From the human T2T-CHM13v2.0 reference genome, Homo sapiens, in assembly GCF_009914755.1 (NCBI RefSeq), contig NC_060944.1: a DNA stretch of 64,000 bases. One strand, 5' to 3'. A model generated the notes under the pieces. The model saw only the letters and a list, made by a program, of their open reading frames with translations. It was not told the DNA's origin and made no database searches. The translations under genes were made by a program, and so were the position numbers. Positions 16,418 through 32,184 of this stretch are shown here, in pieces (within the stretch, counting starts at the first letter, position 1; the number at the start of each line of letters is the position of its first letter).

Positions 16418-17946
16418 ACGTCGTTTCCTTTTTACCTGAAGCATTAATTTAAGGCTTTGGAATTTTGTTTTTGCGGATACCTGTAAGGTGGTACTGAGGA
16501 ATGGTGCTGCTGCCAAAGTAATAATGAGGGCTGTGCGTGAATCAGTTGAGCACAAGAATAACTTCTCTTCAGACTTTAAAGATTCACCCTAATTGATTCT
16601 TACACCAATTAAAATCAACCCTTACTAAAATTAGGGTTCAGAGGAAGTTACTTAGTTGCCGTGGCATGATTATTTATGCTTGGGAGTCCCAACAGCCTTC
16701 CATCCCTAATCTCAACCATTCGTTCCAGGAATTTGGAGTACCTCCTATATGTTCTTCTTATGGAAAACATAAAAACCAACAAGACATAATTCCTGTCCAC
16801 AAATTACTTTCAGTCTTGAGAGGAAGACAGATAAGTAAAGCAAATCCAGCCTGCCGCCCTGGCTCATATATTTGGATTGAGGGTTCAAACGGAAAATAAC
16901 ATAATTGGTGGCTGTATCAGTAGACAAGGAGACCAGTTTGATAATCTGACTTCCAGTGTGTAGACTTTATTTTTTTGGCATTCCCTTCTCTCCCTTCTGT
17001 TTTTTACAGATATTTATCCTCTGTTGCTAAGGTGTCCAACACCCAGTGTGTAAAGTCAAGAATATTAGAGTAGGGGACAACATTTCCTTTCAGGTTTAGG
17101 TGTCCAGATATCTGCATCTGGACACCCACACAGTTCTCTGGCTGGCTTCAGGAAGATTTGGTATTGTCTCGCTTCTTATGTAGAAATGAAGAAAATTAAG
17201 TTTCATGTTGAATTATTTTAAGTTTTATTATGCTCTATTTTGAAATAAAATAGCTCTATTTTGTATGCAGGTGGAATTATCTGAGGTGTGGTTTCTGGCA
17301 TTTGATCAGTCTGTGATTTGATAATTGTGTTTATATTGTAGTTCGTGAAGCCCATTGCCACTGCCAGCCGCCTTTGAACACTTTGCAGCAAGGAGCCCTA
17401 GTAAATGGAAATGGTGGGCACATTGAGGCTCTCCTGGTTTTGAAGGGCTCTTCCCTCTTTCCTACCCTTCAGAGAGAAATATTACTTGGGATGCTGTGTT
17501 GTGCTCCCGATTTCTTCCAACAATTTAGCATTGCCTGTGGGGTCTGGAATAATAAGGCCATGTAAACTGGAGATGTCATCTTCTCTCTCTTTGAAGTTCC
17601 ATTTTCTCATCTGTGAAGTGGGGTTAACACTCCATATCTTGCCTTCCTCACAATGGTATTGTGAGGAGCAAATTAGAACGTTGTAAAATCACATGAGACA
17701 ATTTATATGTGAAGAATCCATCAGTCATTTGTCAGTGGTAATAGGTAAGTGGCAGAATTTTCCTTAAGAGGGGAGATCGATCTCTTTGTAGGGAGCAGGG
17801 AGAGTGATCTCAGCTGGTCTCTGGGATTGGGAAAAAGTGTGATGAAAGCATCTGGACAGGGGCAATGATGGAGCAAAAGACTGGAGGTGAACTGTTCAGC
17901 GGGAACAGTGAGTAAGTGTTCTCTAACCTCATACTGTAAGTCCTAG

Positions 17947-18289
<343 letters not shown>

Positions 18290-19579
18290 TCCAAACAGTT
18301 TTAAAAGGTCTACCAGGTTACATGGTTAGTGATGAGAAAATTGCTGTTGTTCTGTGTTGTTGTAAATACTTGGCATTGTCTATCTTTTTCATTTGAAGCC
18401 ATTCTGGTTAGTAGTTATAGATATGAATTTTAAGAACCATACTATGAATTCTCACATAGCAAGTACCATAAAGGGGTACAATGATTGGGAAGTTCAGAAG
18501 GGGAAGAGATTGCTTCCTTTGTACATGGAGGAGGGGCAGAGGGGGAGTTCCCAAGGAACATTTGTGGACCAGTGAGTATTTGTGCTGGACTTTGTAGGAT
18601 AAGGATAATGACCATCTGTTGTCCAGGACCATTTTAATTTCTAATATTCTGTCTGGTTGTACTTACAGATTATGAAATACCAATCAATATTGCCATGTCT
18701 GTACCTTATCTCCCATACTATGCAGAAGCAACACCCAGTTATCTTTTCTCAACCGATGTGCTTCCCTTCCCCCCTTTTCCAGAAAGAATGGTCACAGGTG
18801 ATTAGGCTGCAGAGATGGAGAACATTCTGTGCAATGGGAACAACTTGAGTAGAGGCACAGATGAATGACTAGACCGAGTAGTATCCATATTCCTGCTAAT
18901 GAGCAGGTGGTGGAAGTGTCCCACACTTTGGAGATGGGTGATACCTTCTCATAGCCTCTCAGAGCAGAACAAGGTCATGTCGTTATGAAGCCAATTTGTA
19001 TTTAAACTGGATAAAAGGATGAGAATGAGCTCTTTGCTTATACTTACATCATTTCAAGAAAGAAATTAATCCAGTAAACAGTCATACCTGAAGTATATCA
19101 AAAGAGAGTTTTTCTTCTTAAAATGGTTGGGGAGGGAATACTAAAACCTAAAGAACTTAGTCTCTCAGAGCTCATCTATTAGTTGTATATTTGCTCAGGG
19201 AAAAATTGCCATTTCTTTGTCAGCTTTTATCCTGCCGGTGGACCCTAGCTGGGTGTTTATTTTGTGTAGTTTTACCAAATCACTTTGAAGGTTGGCATGA
19301 ACATTGATCATGTCTTAGAGCCTTTCCTCTTTGTTCTGTCAGCAAATATTAGAAAATGTACCTTAAATTACCTGGTTGGGGAAAATAGGGTGGCCCTGCC
19401 TCCTTCCAGAGAGCAGCATTTTCATGTTAAACATTAGTCAGCTTCTGATCCTGTGTCAGGTCGCGGGGTGTTTGTCAAGATAGACAGGGTGCTAGAGATG
19501 CCACTAGGGACATTCACTAGAGAATTTCTAGGCCCCCTCTCGAGGAGACTAGTCGAGTAGTTGATTTAAAAATCTGATG

Positions 19580-19885
<306 letters not shown>

Positions 19886-20149
19886 TTAAATGTTAACACA
19901 GCCTTGCATATTAGTGATATTGAGTGTCCACTGTGTTGAGATATCATACTTGGTACCTTTTGTTTATACTAATAGAGCTAATATTTACTGAAGGTTACTA
20001 TGTGCGAAGCCTTTTATACATATAAAATATTATTTCATTCTCACCTCAACCCTAAGAAGTAGGTTGTATTGATCGTGATCATACAGATTGGAAACTGAGA
20101 CAAAGGGAGGTTAAGAGATATGCCGTGGGCAACCACTGGTCTTTTTATA

Positions 20150-20900
20150 GTCTTCACAGATACGTCTTTGCAGAACGTCATACAGTTGGAATCATACAGT
20201 ATGTAGCCTTTTCAGATTTGCCTCTTTCACTTAGTAATATCCATTTAAGTTTCTTCCATGTCTTTTTATGTTTTGATAGCTCATTTCTGTTTAATGCTGA
20301 ATAATATTTCATTGTCTGGATGTGCCACAGTTTATCCACCTATTGAAGGTGTCATTGGTTGCTTCCAAATTTTGTCAATTATGAATAAAGATGCTATAAA
20401 CAAACAAAAGAAAGATATGCCGTGGTCACGCTGCTGATATGATAGATGGAGTTGGCTAGGATTGAAACCTAACCAATTCCTCTTTATTTTTAATATGGAA
20501 AATTTCAAACATACACAAAATCGAATAGGTTAATGAAATATGATTTACCCATCACTTGGCTTCAACAGTTAGCAATTCATTGTCAGTCTTGTTTCATTTA
20601 TACCCCTACCTACTTTTCTTCATTTTGTGCTTTGAAGAAAATCTCAGCTATCATATTTTGTCCTTAAATATTTCACAGTGTGTCTCTAAAAGATGACTTC
20701 TAAAAACAATTATAATGCCATTACCATCTTTATAAAGTGTAACAGTTCCTCAGTAAAATCAAAATCCAGATGATCGTGTTCAAATGTTCGATTGTTTTGT
20801 AAATGTCACAACCTTATTTTGATAGTTTGATTCAGGATTCATATAAAGTCCACACATGGTTCTTAAGTCTTCAAGTCTCGTTTAATTTGTATGGTCCCTC
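20150..20900 (-). mobile_element. L1M fragments (L1MC/ME-like)
   Basis: ggaatcatacagtatgtagccttttcagat...; tttaatatggaaaatttcaaacatacacaaaa. Confidence 0.65.
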
Positions 20901-20903
20901 CTA

Positions 20904-21247
20904 CAGTCACATGCTGCATAGAGATGTTTCAGCCAGTGATGGGCCACAGATATGACAGTGGTCTAATATGATTGTAATACCATTTTTTTTTTACTGTACC
21001 CATTGTATATTTAGGTGCACAAATCCTTATCATTATGTTACAGTTGCCTACAGTATTCAACACAGTAACATGCTGTATAGGTTTGTAGCCTAGGAGCAAC
21101 TATACAGCCTATGCTATATAGTCTAGGTGTGTAGTAGGCTATACCACCCAGGACTGTGTAAGTGCACACTGGTGTTTGCACAGGGACGAAATCGCCTAAT
21201 GATGCATTTCTCAGAATGTATCCCCGTTGCTAAGTGATGCATGAGTG
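20904..21247 (+). mobile_element. Tigger3a/MER7-type DNA transposon
   Basis: cagtca...atgagtg termini flanked by TA; internal ctaggtgtgtagtaggctatacca. Confidence 0.8.
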
Positions 21248-21600
21248 TAGTTATCCCCCCCATTATTTGTTGAAGAAGCTGGATGTTTTTTTCTATAGAT
21301 TTTTCCATGTTCTGGATTTTGCTCATTGCATTCCTATGGTGTGTTTTCTGTGTCTCTTTGTCCTCTGTATTTTCTGTAAGTTGTTGGTTAAGGACAATTT
21401 CTCTTAACCCTCATGACAACCCTGCAAAAATAGGTATTGTTCTTATTTTGTAGGTAAGAAAACAGACTGAGAGAGGTCGGGTGGCTTGTCCAAGGCCCCG
21501 CCTGGATTTGAACACAGGCCTACTTGTCTGCAAAGCTTTTGTTCCTTCATCACTAAACCACTCTGTGAGCTTAGGCAAATCATTTTAAGTTCTCTGGGTC

Positions 21601-22194
<594 letters not shown>

Positions 22195-23018
22195 GTTCCC
22201 TGGGCCTTAGCTTCTTTGTGACCATTTGAGTGCCTACCATGTTATGGTGTGGTACTAGATGGTGTGGATAATACCCATATGAGTAAGACTGTCTTCAAGG
22301 AGCATATAGTCAATCAGGGACTGCAAGACCATATGCTATTTCAGACAAGGTCATTGTGGGACTATGGGATCCTTAATCTCCCTTAAGAGTTTCCTGCCTC
22401 CCTGTCATCCTGTCTTGCTGTTTTCTGTGCCATGCTATTCACTGTTGCCTGGTACCTTTTCCTACAAACCATTTTTGTTGTATTCTCCCTGCTGTAAGTC
22501 TAGTATGGAAGTTTTGGTAAATAAAAGTTCTTCCAGCAATAAACTTTTCTTTGGATTGAGTTACTATTTCAAGGGCAGCTACTCTTTTTTTTCTCTTGTG
22601 TTTGGCAAAGGTGTTATTGCTTTTATGGAGATGCTGAAGGAATCTGGGGAACATAGAATAATGATGGAATGAAGCATGGGGAATGCCATCCTGCATCAGG
22701 GGAGAACATATATTTAGCGTTGTACTGTTCACTCCCAACGGCATCTGACTGTAATGGGGGTAATTTTGCTCTTTTGCAAAGACAAGGAACTTTTAGTTGT
22801 GATGTTCAGGGAGCAGAATTTTAAAGGTATTCCATTTAGGGGAACCAAGCTGCTGAACTTTCATCCTCATTGGGAAGTCCTTGGGGCACTCTTAAATCCT
22901 TTCTGTTCCAGATCTGTTCAGTCTTATCCTCTAGATCAGAGGTCACATACTGGTAGCCCCTTGGGCTGTATCTGGCCTGTGTACATATTTTGTTTGGCCT
23001 GCAGTAGTGGTGTCATTG

Positions 23019-23309
<291 letters not shown>

Positions 23310-23472
23310 TCTATTTTTATTTTGAGTGGAATAAAAGCCTGGGGAGATTAGGACTGCCTTTCAGTGGAGATAGTATGTATGTGTGAGATGAGAGGTCCTG
23401 GCATGGGGCTATGAAGGTGACTGGTTTCTCATGAAAAAGGAGGAAGATTTTTGAGAAAGTAGCAGAGGCTAG

Positions 23473-23889
<417 letters not shown>

Positions 23890-24533
23890 TCTACCAGGGT
23901 TGTTATATTGTGACTCCTTGTACACTGGCTAGTCCATGCTTTAGAAGCTTGTAAACTGAAGCAAAGAGACATGGCTTGGATCTTTGGGCAACTCTTTGGA
24001 GCTTCGGCCAAATTTGGCAGAAGCTTTGAGTTTACAACTTCATGTTCTTCATTTCTCTACTTTTTTCCACATTCTGCTTCCTTATTGACTGGCTTCTTTA
24101 GACAGCATATTTGTTCTCAAGTTTGTCAAAGCCACACCATTTCCTGTTGTTTTTTTGATACTCAAGCCCAGTGTCAGTTGCCGTTTATCACCAGAGTATA
24201 GCACTTTTTTTGGGAAACACTTGGTCAATTCATTTTTGCTACCTGCTTGCCACCAAGGTCCAACCCAGCTCTAGAAGGAACTCTAATATTGAAGAGACTT
24301 TACCTAGTTAAGGTGCTGGTGAATCCCCTGCGACTAAGTGAATTATCTTCATTTTACTGGGAACTTTTGGTGCCCTTATTGGCTGATAAATCTGTCTCGG
24401 CCTATCTTAGGACTTCATATGGACAGCAAACTAGTCAAGGCTCAGTGGATCATGTCCTTGTCAAGTTGGCATTTTTTGCAATCCCTATTATATATTTGTA
24501 AGGTAGAGTGGAAGTGAGTCTGATGTGTCATGA

Positions 24534-24947
<414 letters not shown>

Positions 24948-26136
24948 TGATTACTGAAACATCATCCAGTATGTGGAGTACTGTGGTAATTTCCATGACA
25001 ACTGATCCTGATTTTCCAGATAAAGAGAGGAAGCTAGTAAGTGTTAGGAACTCAAAAAGCGTAGTAAGCTAAGTTCTTGTGATGCTAAGTAGAATTTTTA
25101 GCTGAAAGGACCTTTCAGCAGCAACTGCCTGATTAAACCTCTTCCTCTTATAGGTCTGGAGAGGTTAAGCAACTTGCCTAAGGGATTGCTGTGTTTGTGG
25201 AATAAACTCTGGATCCTCAGCTTAGTATCTCTCTGTGCCTCCTATTCTGCATGACTTTTTTCATTATATCTCGGCTGAACTGTGAGCTCTATGAAGGCGG
25301 AAACCATGTCTGTCTTGTTGATGAGTGTTTTCCCAGAGCCTGGCATAGGATCTAAGTATTTTTTGAGTGAATGAATAAACTGGGTGGGGGGGGGGTTCTC
25401 AAACTGGAACACATGGCTGCATAGTAGATGATACATGAAATCACAGGATAAAACATACATCTTCCTGAAGTGTCAGTATACTTATTTTTTCAGAGTTGGA
25501 TTAAATATTATAACTGGTAATTTAAAGTTTGCTTTTAACTTTAAATATTTTTATGGAATGAATGATAAATTAGCATGAATTCTTGAGATAAAGTGAGAAA
25601 GCATCAAATAAGTTACAGGATTATAGCAGGCCCTTTGACTTCTACCCCAGGGTGGGTCTGGCATCGCCAGACCTCTGACATTTTTAAGAGCAGCTAGAAA
25701 TCTAATTTTTTTAAAAGTGAGATCTGATTTTGAATGTTGGCAGTTAACTCAGAGGTTTTTAAGTAAATTTTTACATATCAGACAAAAACATATCCTTGGG
25801 CCTAAACATCTGCTTGTGACCTATGAGATAAAATACAGGTCTGAGCAGTAACTAGACTTTGGATGGGGCCAAGATAGGTGGTGGTGTCAGGGATATCTCC
25901 TATTCTGAGTCTGGCTCCTTCAGATTTGAAACTAACCATAAGCAGGAGTGGAAAGAATAAAGCTAGAGACTTGATTAGAACAAATTCCCACATTAAACAT
26001 CCTCTGTAGGAAACAGCTTCTATAACTCACAGGCTACCATATCCCTTCTCGTTGACTCCCCTTGTTTTGCAGATGAAACTAAGGTCCAGAGAAGAAACCA
26101 GAGCTTTCTTGTAGGACCCTTAAGAAGCAGCCATGG

Positions 26137-26451
<315 letters not shown>

Positions 26452-27265
26452 CTATGGGTCCTGGGCAGGCCCCGCTTCAAACTCCTGACCTTTGTTTGGT
26501 TTTCCTGCCTCACACACTCTTGGGCCATGGGGCAGTGGCTTCTGCCATAGCCTGAGGTGGTTGGGAGAGCTGGGCTAAGGCTTCTTGGTGCAGCCCTATC
26601 ATCATGAGGTGGCGGAAGGTTGCCGTGGCAGGTGGTAATGTGCTGAGCCTCTTCTTGGTGCAAAGGGTCTATTTCTGTCACTAGCATCAGATTGACCTTA
26701 TTTTATTTTTTTTGCCTAGAAAGATGTAGAAGACAGCTCAGCAAAAAGAAGCCTCAGGGCCGAGATAGATCTATCCCTCGTTGTGCCTTGCTTGCCTCTT
26801 CTCTTTCTCTTCTCTTTCTCTTCTTTTTCCTTTCCTCCGCCTCCTTTCTTTTTGAGCCCTACTTACCCTTTCTTCTGCATCCTCCCCCACCCGCCATCCT
26901 TTGTTTTTTTCCTCACTGTTGCCCTTCTTGAGAAATTCTTGTAATGCTACTGCAGTGCGCAGAGCTTGGGATTGAACCTGTTTTCTGTGTTTTTAAAGGG
27001 GACTTGCAGTAAAAAGTAGGGCATCTAAAATAGGGAGACTAGACATCTTGAAACTGTCCCCTCTTCTTCTCCATTCCCACCCCAAGTCATAAAGGATAAA
27101 ATCTAAACTCTGGCCTTGGCCGCAAGGCTCATGCAGTCTGGTGCCATATCACTTTGCTGCCTTTTGTCAGCAGCATAGTGCTTAATACCCACTGTTTCCC
27201 TGTGTTTCTGCCCAGTAGAAGGTTCCCTGGATGTGCCAGGCTGTATCATGACTTTGTTTTGACTA

Positions 27266-27877
27266 CAGATAGTCCCTGGTTTACAGTTTGACTTACTGAT
27301 TTTTTGACTTTATGTTGGTTACAAAAGTGATATGCATTCAGTAGAAACGGTACTTGGACTACTCATACAGCTAGTCTGTTTTCACTTTCAGTAAAGTATT
27401 CAATAAATTATGTGAGATATTCAACACTGTATTATAAAATAGGCTTTGTGTTAGTTGATTTTGCTCACCTGAAGGCTAGTGTTAATGTTCTGCGCATATT
27501 CAAGGTAGGCTAAACTAAACTAGGGTGTTTGGTAAGTTAGGTGTATTAAATGCATTTTCCCAGCCTGGGCAACATAGACTTCATCTCTTTTTTAAAACAA
27601 ACAAACAAACAAAATAAAAAAAAAAACTAGCTCGCATAATGGGGCATTCCTGTAGTCTCAGCAGCTACTTGGGAGGCTGGGGTGGGAAGATCGCTTGAGC
27701 CTAGGAGGTTGAGGCTGTAGTAAGCCTTGATTGTGTTACTATACTCCAGCTTAGGCATCAGAACGAGACCTTGTCTCAAAAAAAAAAAAAAAAAAAAAAG
27801 GCATTTCGACTTACAGTATTTTCAGCTTACAAGGGGCTTATTGGGATGTAACCCTGTTGTAAATTGAGCAGCATCTG
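27266..27877. mobile_element. MER47/Tigger5-type DNA transposon containing a 5'-truncated AluJ (~27559-27799)
   Basis: TA-flanked cagat...atctg termini; gcatttt/gcatttc duplicated around the Alu. Confidence 0.7.
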
Positions 27878-28283
27878 TATTTCCCCTAAGTAGAAATCCC
27901 CTTATCTTCTTATCCCCTTTACCTGACAGACTCCTGTTTATCTTTCATATCAATTCCAATGCCACTTCCTCAGGGAAGCTTTCCCTGATCACTACAGAAG
28001 CAGAATTAATTTTGATCAAATAAAATACAGGATTTATAGCAGGCCCTTTGACTTCTAGGACTGCTGTAGTTGTACTCTAGTGCTGTGTCACACCCAAATC
28101 CTCTCTCATTCATTGGATCGAGACAGTATAGGCCAGGGGATAGTGTGCTACTTATCTCTATTTCCCTTGTGTCTCTGAAATAGGCTTGGCACAAATAGTA
28201 CTTACAAAATGAATGATGGAAATGTGTATGCATTGATACTTATAGTATAGTTTGGTGTTGAGTGCTACAGATGAAATATGACA

Positions 28284-29320
28284 GTGCGCTTTAAAGAAGA
28301 GGCTTAATTTGGGGGTGACTAAAATAAAAAATTATTGACTTGAGGGTCTCTGTTTTGCAAGAATACATAATTAGCTTAAATAAGCAGCAAAAGGTTAGTT
28401 TTAATTATGTAGCTTCTGTTAATATTAAGTGTTTTTTGTCTGTTTTACCTCAATTTGAACAGATTAAGTTTGCGTGCATGCTGGAGATGCCTCAGAACAC
28501 ATGAGTAGCCCGTACTAGATCTTGGGAACGTGGATCTTAGAGTCACTTTGGAATAAGTTCTTATATAAATACCCCCAGCCTTTTGAGAACGGGGCTTGTT
28601 AAAGGACGCGTATGTAGGGCCAGTACCTACTGGCAGTTGGATTCAGGGAAATGGGATTGACTTGGCCTTTGGTCCTTTGGTCATAATTTTAAAATATGGG
28701 AGTAGAAAACAACAAAGAATGGAATGGATGCTTAAAACAATGAAAGAGCATTTATCATTTGTCTCTTGAATGTAGAGTTTGTTTTTGATTTCATAATTCT
28801 GCGGGTAAACGTGACAGTTAAAGTGGTGGATTATGTATATGTATTATAATTTAGAAATTCCATTTTATAATTTTACTATTCCAAGGTGAAATAATGCATT
28901 TAAATTTGGGATTTGGGTGGAGTATTATGTTTAACTGGAGTTGTTGTCAAGTATGAATCCCTCAGGGAAAAAAAATTCTGTTTTAAAAAGCAGTCTGATT
29001 CTTAGCTCTTGAAACTATTGTTACTTAAATTTCCAATAATTAAAAATTAAAAATTTTAAAATTAGAATTGCCAATACTTTGACCTTTGAGAAGGGTTTCT
29101 TAGAAATACATTTAGTAATGTCCCCAAGACATTAGTCTTACATTTAAACTTTTTTCTTTAAAACATGGTATTGGTTGTTAACCTTTACACAGTTCTGAGT
29201 ACTGTTAATATCTGGAAAGTATCTTGAGATATCAGTGGAAAGCTAAACAGTCTAAATTTAACATGAAATACTTCTTTATGATTCAGAAAATAAAATCAGA
29301 TTTTTTCAAAGTCAAAAAAA
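28284..29320 (+). pseudogene. Processed retrocopy of a non-coding RNA 3' end, recognised as XIST-like
   Basis: AATAAA at 29289-29294; oligo(A) at 29314-29320; TSD gaaatatgaca (28273-28283)/gaaatgtgaca (29321-29331); no ORF. The sequence closely resembles my recollection of the XIST 3' terminus (...aaaataaaatcagattttttcaaagtc). Confidence 0.7.
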
Positions 29321-30208
29321 GAAATGTGACAAAGTGCTCTGGAAATTTACTGGAATTCTTGAGAGAGAACTAACTGGAAGAAATCTTGGAAGCTTCTAGA
29401 AGCTGGTAGCATTTGAGCTTGTCCTTAAAGATTCAGGAGTTCAGTTGGCAGAGATGGTGGGAAGAACATTCTAGATGGAAGGAATGGTAGGAGTAAAAGT
29501 AATGAGGAAGTACGGAAGCCAGGCCCTACCTACTAATCCACCTGTCCCCCTTATTCAGAATTTCTGCCAAATGTGTGCTAAATCTCTGTGGGCCAGCCTA
29601 AAGGATATTTACTTTTCTTCCTATTCTTTCCTTCCCTTCTTCCTACCTCTTTTGTCCTTTTTGCCTTTTATTTTTTGTTTCTTCTCAATATTTCCCCCTT
29701 TTTTTTTAAATCTCCCCCTTTCTCCAGTCCTTCATAAAAAAACAAAAAAGCAAAAAACTTTATTTACCTTTCTCTACCTACTTCTTTTTTGCACTTTTCC
29801 TAGGTAACCCAAGAAATCCAAGTCTTTGGGTGGAGATGTGAATCAGCCATACAATGTTTAACTCCAAATAACACCTCCCCTTGTGAAGCTGAGAAGTAAT
29901 TGAGGCATAATTGCTTCTCATCTGTCTCTTGTGTTTTATTGGCATAGACTTTTTTTTTTTTAACCTCCCACAGTGCTGGGGGTGTCATTATCATTTTATT
30001 TTTCGTAGTTGTCAAAATGTCAATTTTAATGAGAAATTTCTGCAGATAGGTTTGCCCTTGAGTGGTAGGAGCCTTCAGGCAAAGCCAGGGCTAGATGAGT
30101 CAGGAATGTTCATGGATCTGTTTTCTCATGCATACAGGTGTATAGGCCACACAGAGGCAGACACCTACTTTTCCCCATCCCTACAGGCTCAATGCTTTGC
30201 AACATGTG

Positions 30209-30228
30209 CACACACACACACACACACA
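30209..30228. repeat. (CA)n microsatellite within CA-rich low-complexity DNA
   Basis: cacacacacacacacacaca. Confidence 0.9.
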
Positions 30229-31444
30229 ATTGATGTGCATGTATGTCCTCTCTTCTATACACAAAGTATCTCCCTTACACTTTCAAGCCATCTATTCCTC
30301 CTCCTCCCGTATGTGCACACATTTACCCTCTTACACCCCTGTCCCACTGTCTTCTACCCAGATACCCAGAATTGTGTGTGCTACCAAAGTATCTGCAAGC
30401 CTAACTCAGACACCACACTGTTCACTCCCTTACATCTGCGCACAAGTCCTCCCCTCCACACATGCCCACATAATCTCTGCCCGAGCCAGATGCCACACAC
30501 CGAGTACCACAGCATCCTCCACATTTCTTTATACCCAGGTGCTGTCACCACCACCCCTTAGGTTTCTGTATCTTCATAACAGACATTTTAGTTTCAGACT
30601 AGTTTTGAAAGGAAATGTTCTTTGCTGACAGCCAAGCTAGCAGACTGTTAGGAAGTTGGAACCATTTATGATAGATCCTTTGGATTCAGGCCGCTAGTAT
30701 AATGATGGGGGTAGGGGAGGACTGGATCAGACAATAGTGGGCTACCTCTGAATGTTACTGTTTATGACCCAAGGTGAGTTTGAACCTGAGTTCACTGCTA
30801 TTGGAAGGTGATCCCCATACTTAGCACAAGAAAGCCAAAGCTACTGCATGTGTTCCAAATCAGAATCTCTGGGGTCAGGCATAGAAACTGATGTTTTTAA
30901 TGAATTCCTTGAGTCCTTCTGTTGTGTAGCCAGGTTGGGAAACACTTATCTAGAGAAAGAACTAGAAGTAAAAAGATATGCATTATCTTCTGATACCACC
31001 TTGGACAAGTTTCTTTTCTGGACATCAGCTTTCTCCACTGAAATATTAAAAACCTATACTCATAAAGGACCCTTTCAGTTCTAAAATTTCATGCTGCTTT
31101 ATGATGAGTTTAGTCTGGGATCTTTTTCTACCTCATAGTGTCCGTTCTCTGGGTCTGCCTGGGGCGGGGCATTTTAGGGCATTTGGCCAGAGGCCAGCGA
31201 GGCAGCCCAGGCCCTGACCTTCTGCCAGAAGCACTGACACAGCTCCTAATTAGAAATGGATCAATATGGGCCTGTAGCCAGGCCTGGGGAGCCTGGGAGG
31301 AGGCTGGAGCAGTGCTCCTAGGTAGGGAGAATGATTACCGTGAAATGGATCTGGTTACACTTGTCAATACAACAGTTCTGCTGGTGTAGCCCACCTCCCC
31401 TGGGGACCAGCAGGCAGGGCTACCCTGAACAAACGGGGAAATGG

Positions 31445-31506
31445 TTAACTTGTATCCCTATTTGATGTGTTTTCCTTAACTTGTATCCCTATTTGATGTG
31501 TTTTCC
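31445..31506. repeat. Perfect 31-bp tandem duplication
   Basis: ttaacttgtatccctatttgatgtgttttcc x2. Confidence 0.95.
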
Positions 31507-32184
31507 TCACCTTTATAAACTCTTACCTAATGTGATGCTAGGTACATCGTATAGGCCCCCTCTTCAGATGGAAAAATCACTTATTGAATACCTACTAAGT
31601 GTTAAATACTGAGCCTTATTGTGTTTATTTCTCCTTGCAACCTACTGGCATAGGAAGGAAAGGAAACTGAAGCTCAGAAAAGTCAAAATGAAGTGACTTG
31701 GCTGCCCATTGTCATATAGCATAATCTCTATTGTACTATGCTATTAATACATTTCTGAGCATTTGCAACACCGATTCCAATCTGATGAACTGTTTTCTAC
31801 CAGGGCCCTCTCTTACTTACCCTTCTACAGACTGAACGGGAGCTCAGGCTGTCTCCCTGGAGCTGTTCAAAGACTGGAGGAAATTCTTTAAAACCTGTGG
31901 TAAGGCAGGTGCAGCGGGTGGAGAGGGATGCTCTGCTTGCTTTTACTTTCTCTTGCTTTCTCATCTCCTTTCCAAGTTCCCTAAGGGGTGAGCAGGCTCT
32001 AATGGGAGAGATCAATCATCATTTGGGATCAATGGGAAGGTTTTCTCCTCTACGGAGTGCAGAGTCAGGTTTCTGAACTGGCCTTGTGCAAGGAGAGGGA
32101 AGGGATTCATAACTGGATGCATTGGAGAACCTGCAGGCTTAACATGCTCAGCAGCCAGTGTGGTCAGACCAAATTCCTCCTATA

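Noticed and set aside
16980-17100. Possible cryptic exon after a strong pyrimidine tract and CAG at 17009
   Set aside because: The nearby donor (CAG|GTTTAG) is weak; pseudo-acceptors are common in long introns and there is no transcript evidence.
29911-30628. 216-aa and 143-aa ORFs
   Set aside because: Arise from CA-rich low-complexity sequence; no domain or splice support.
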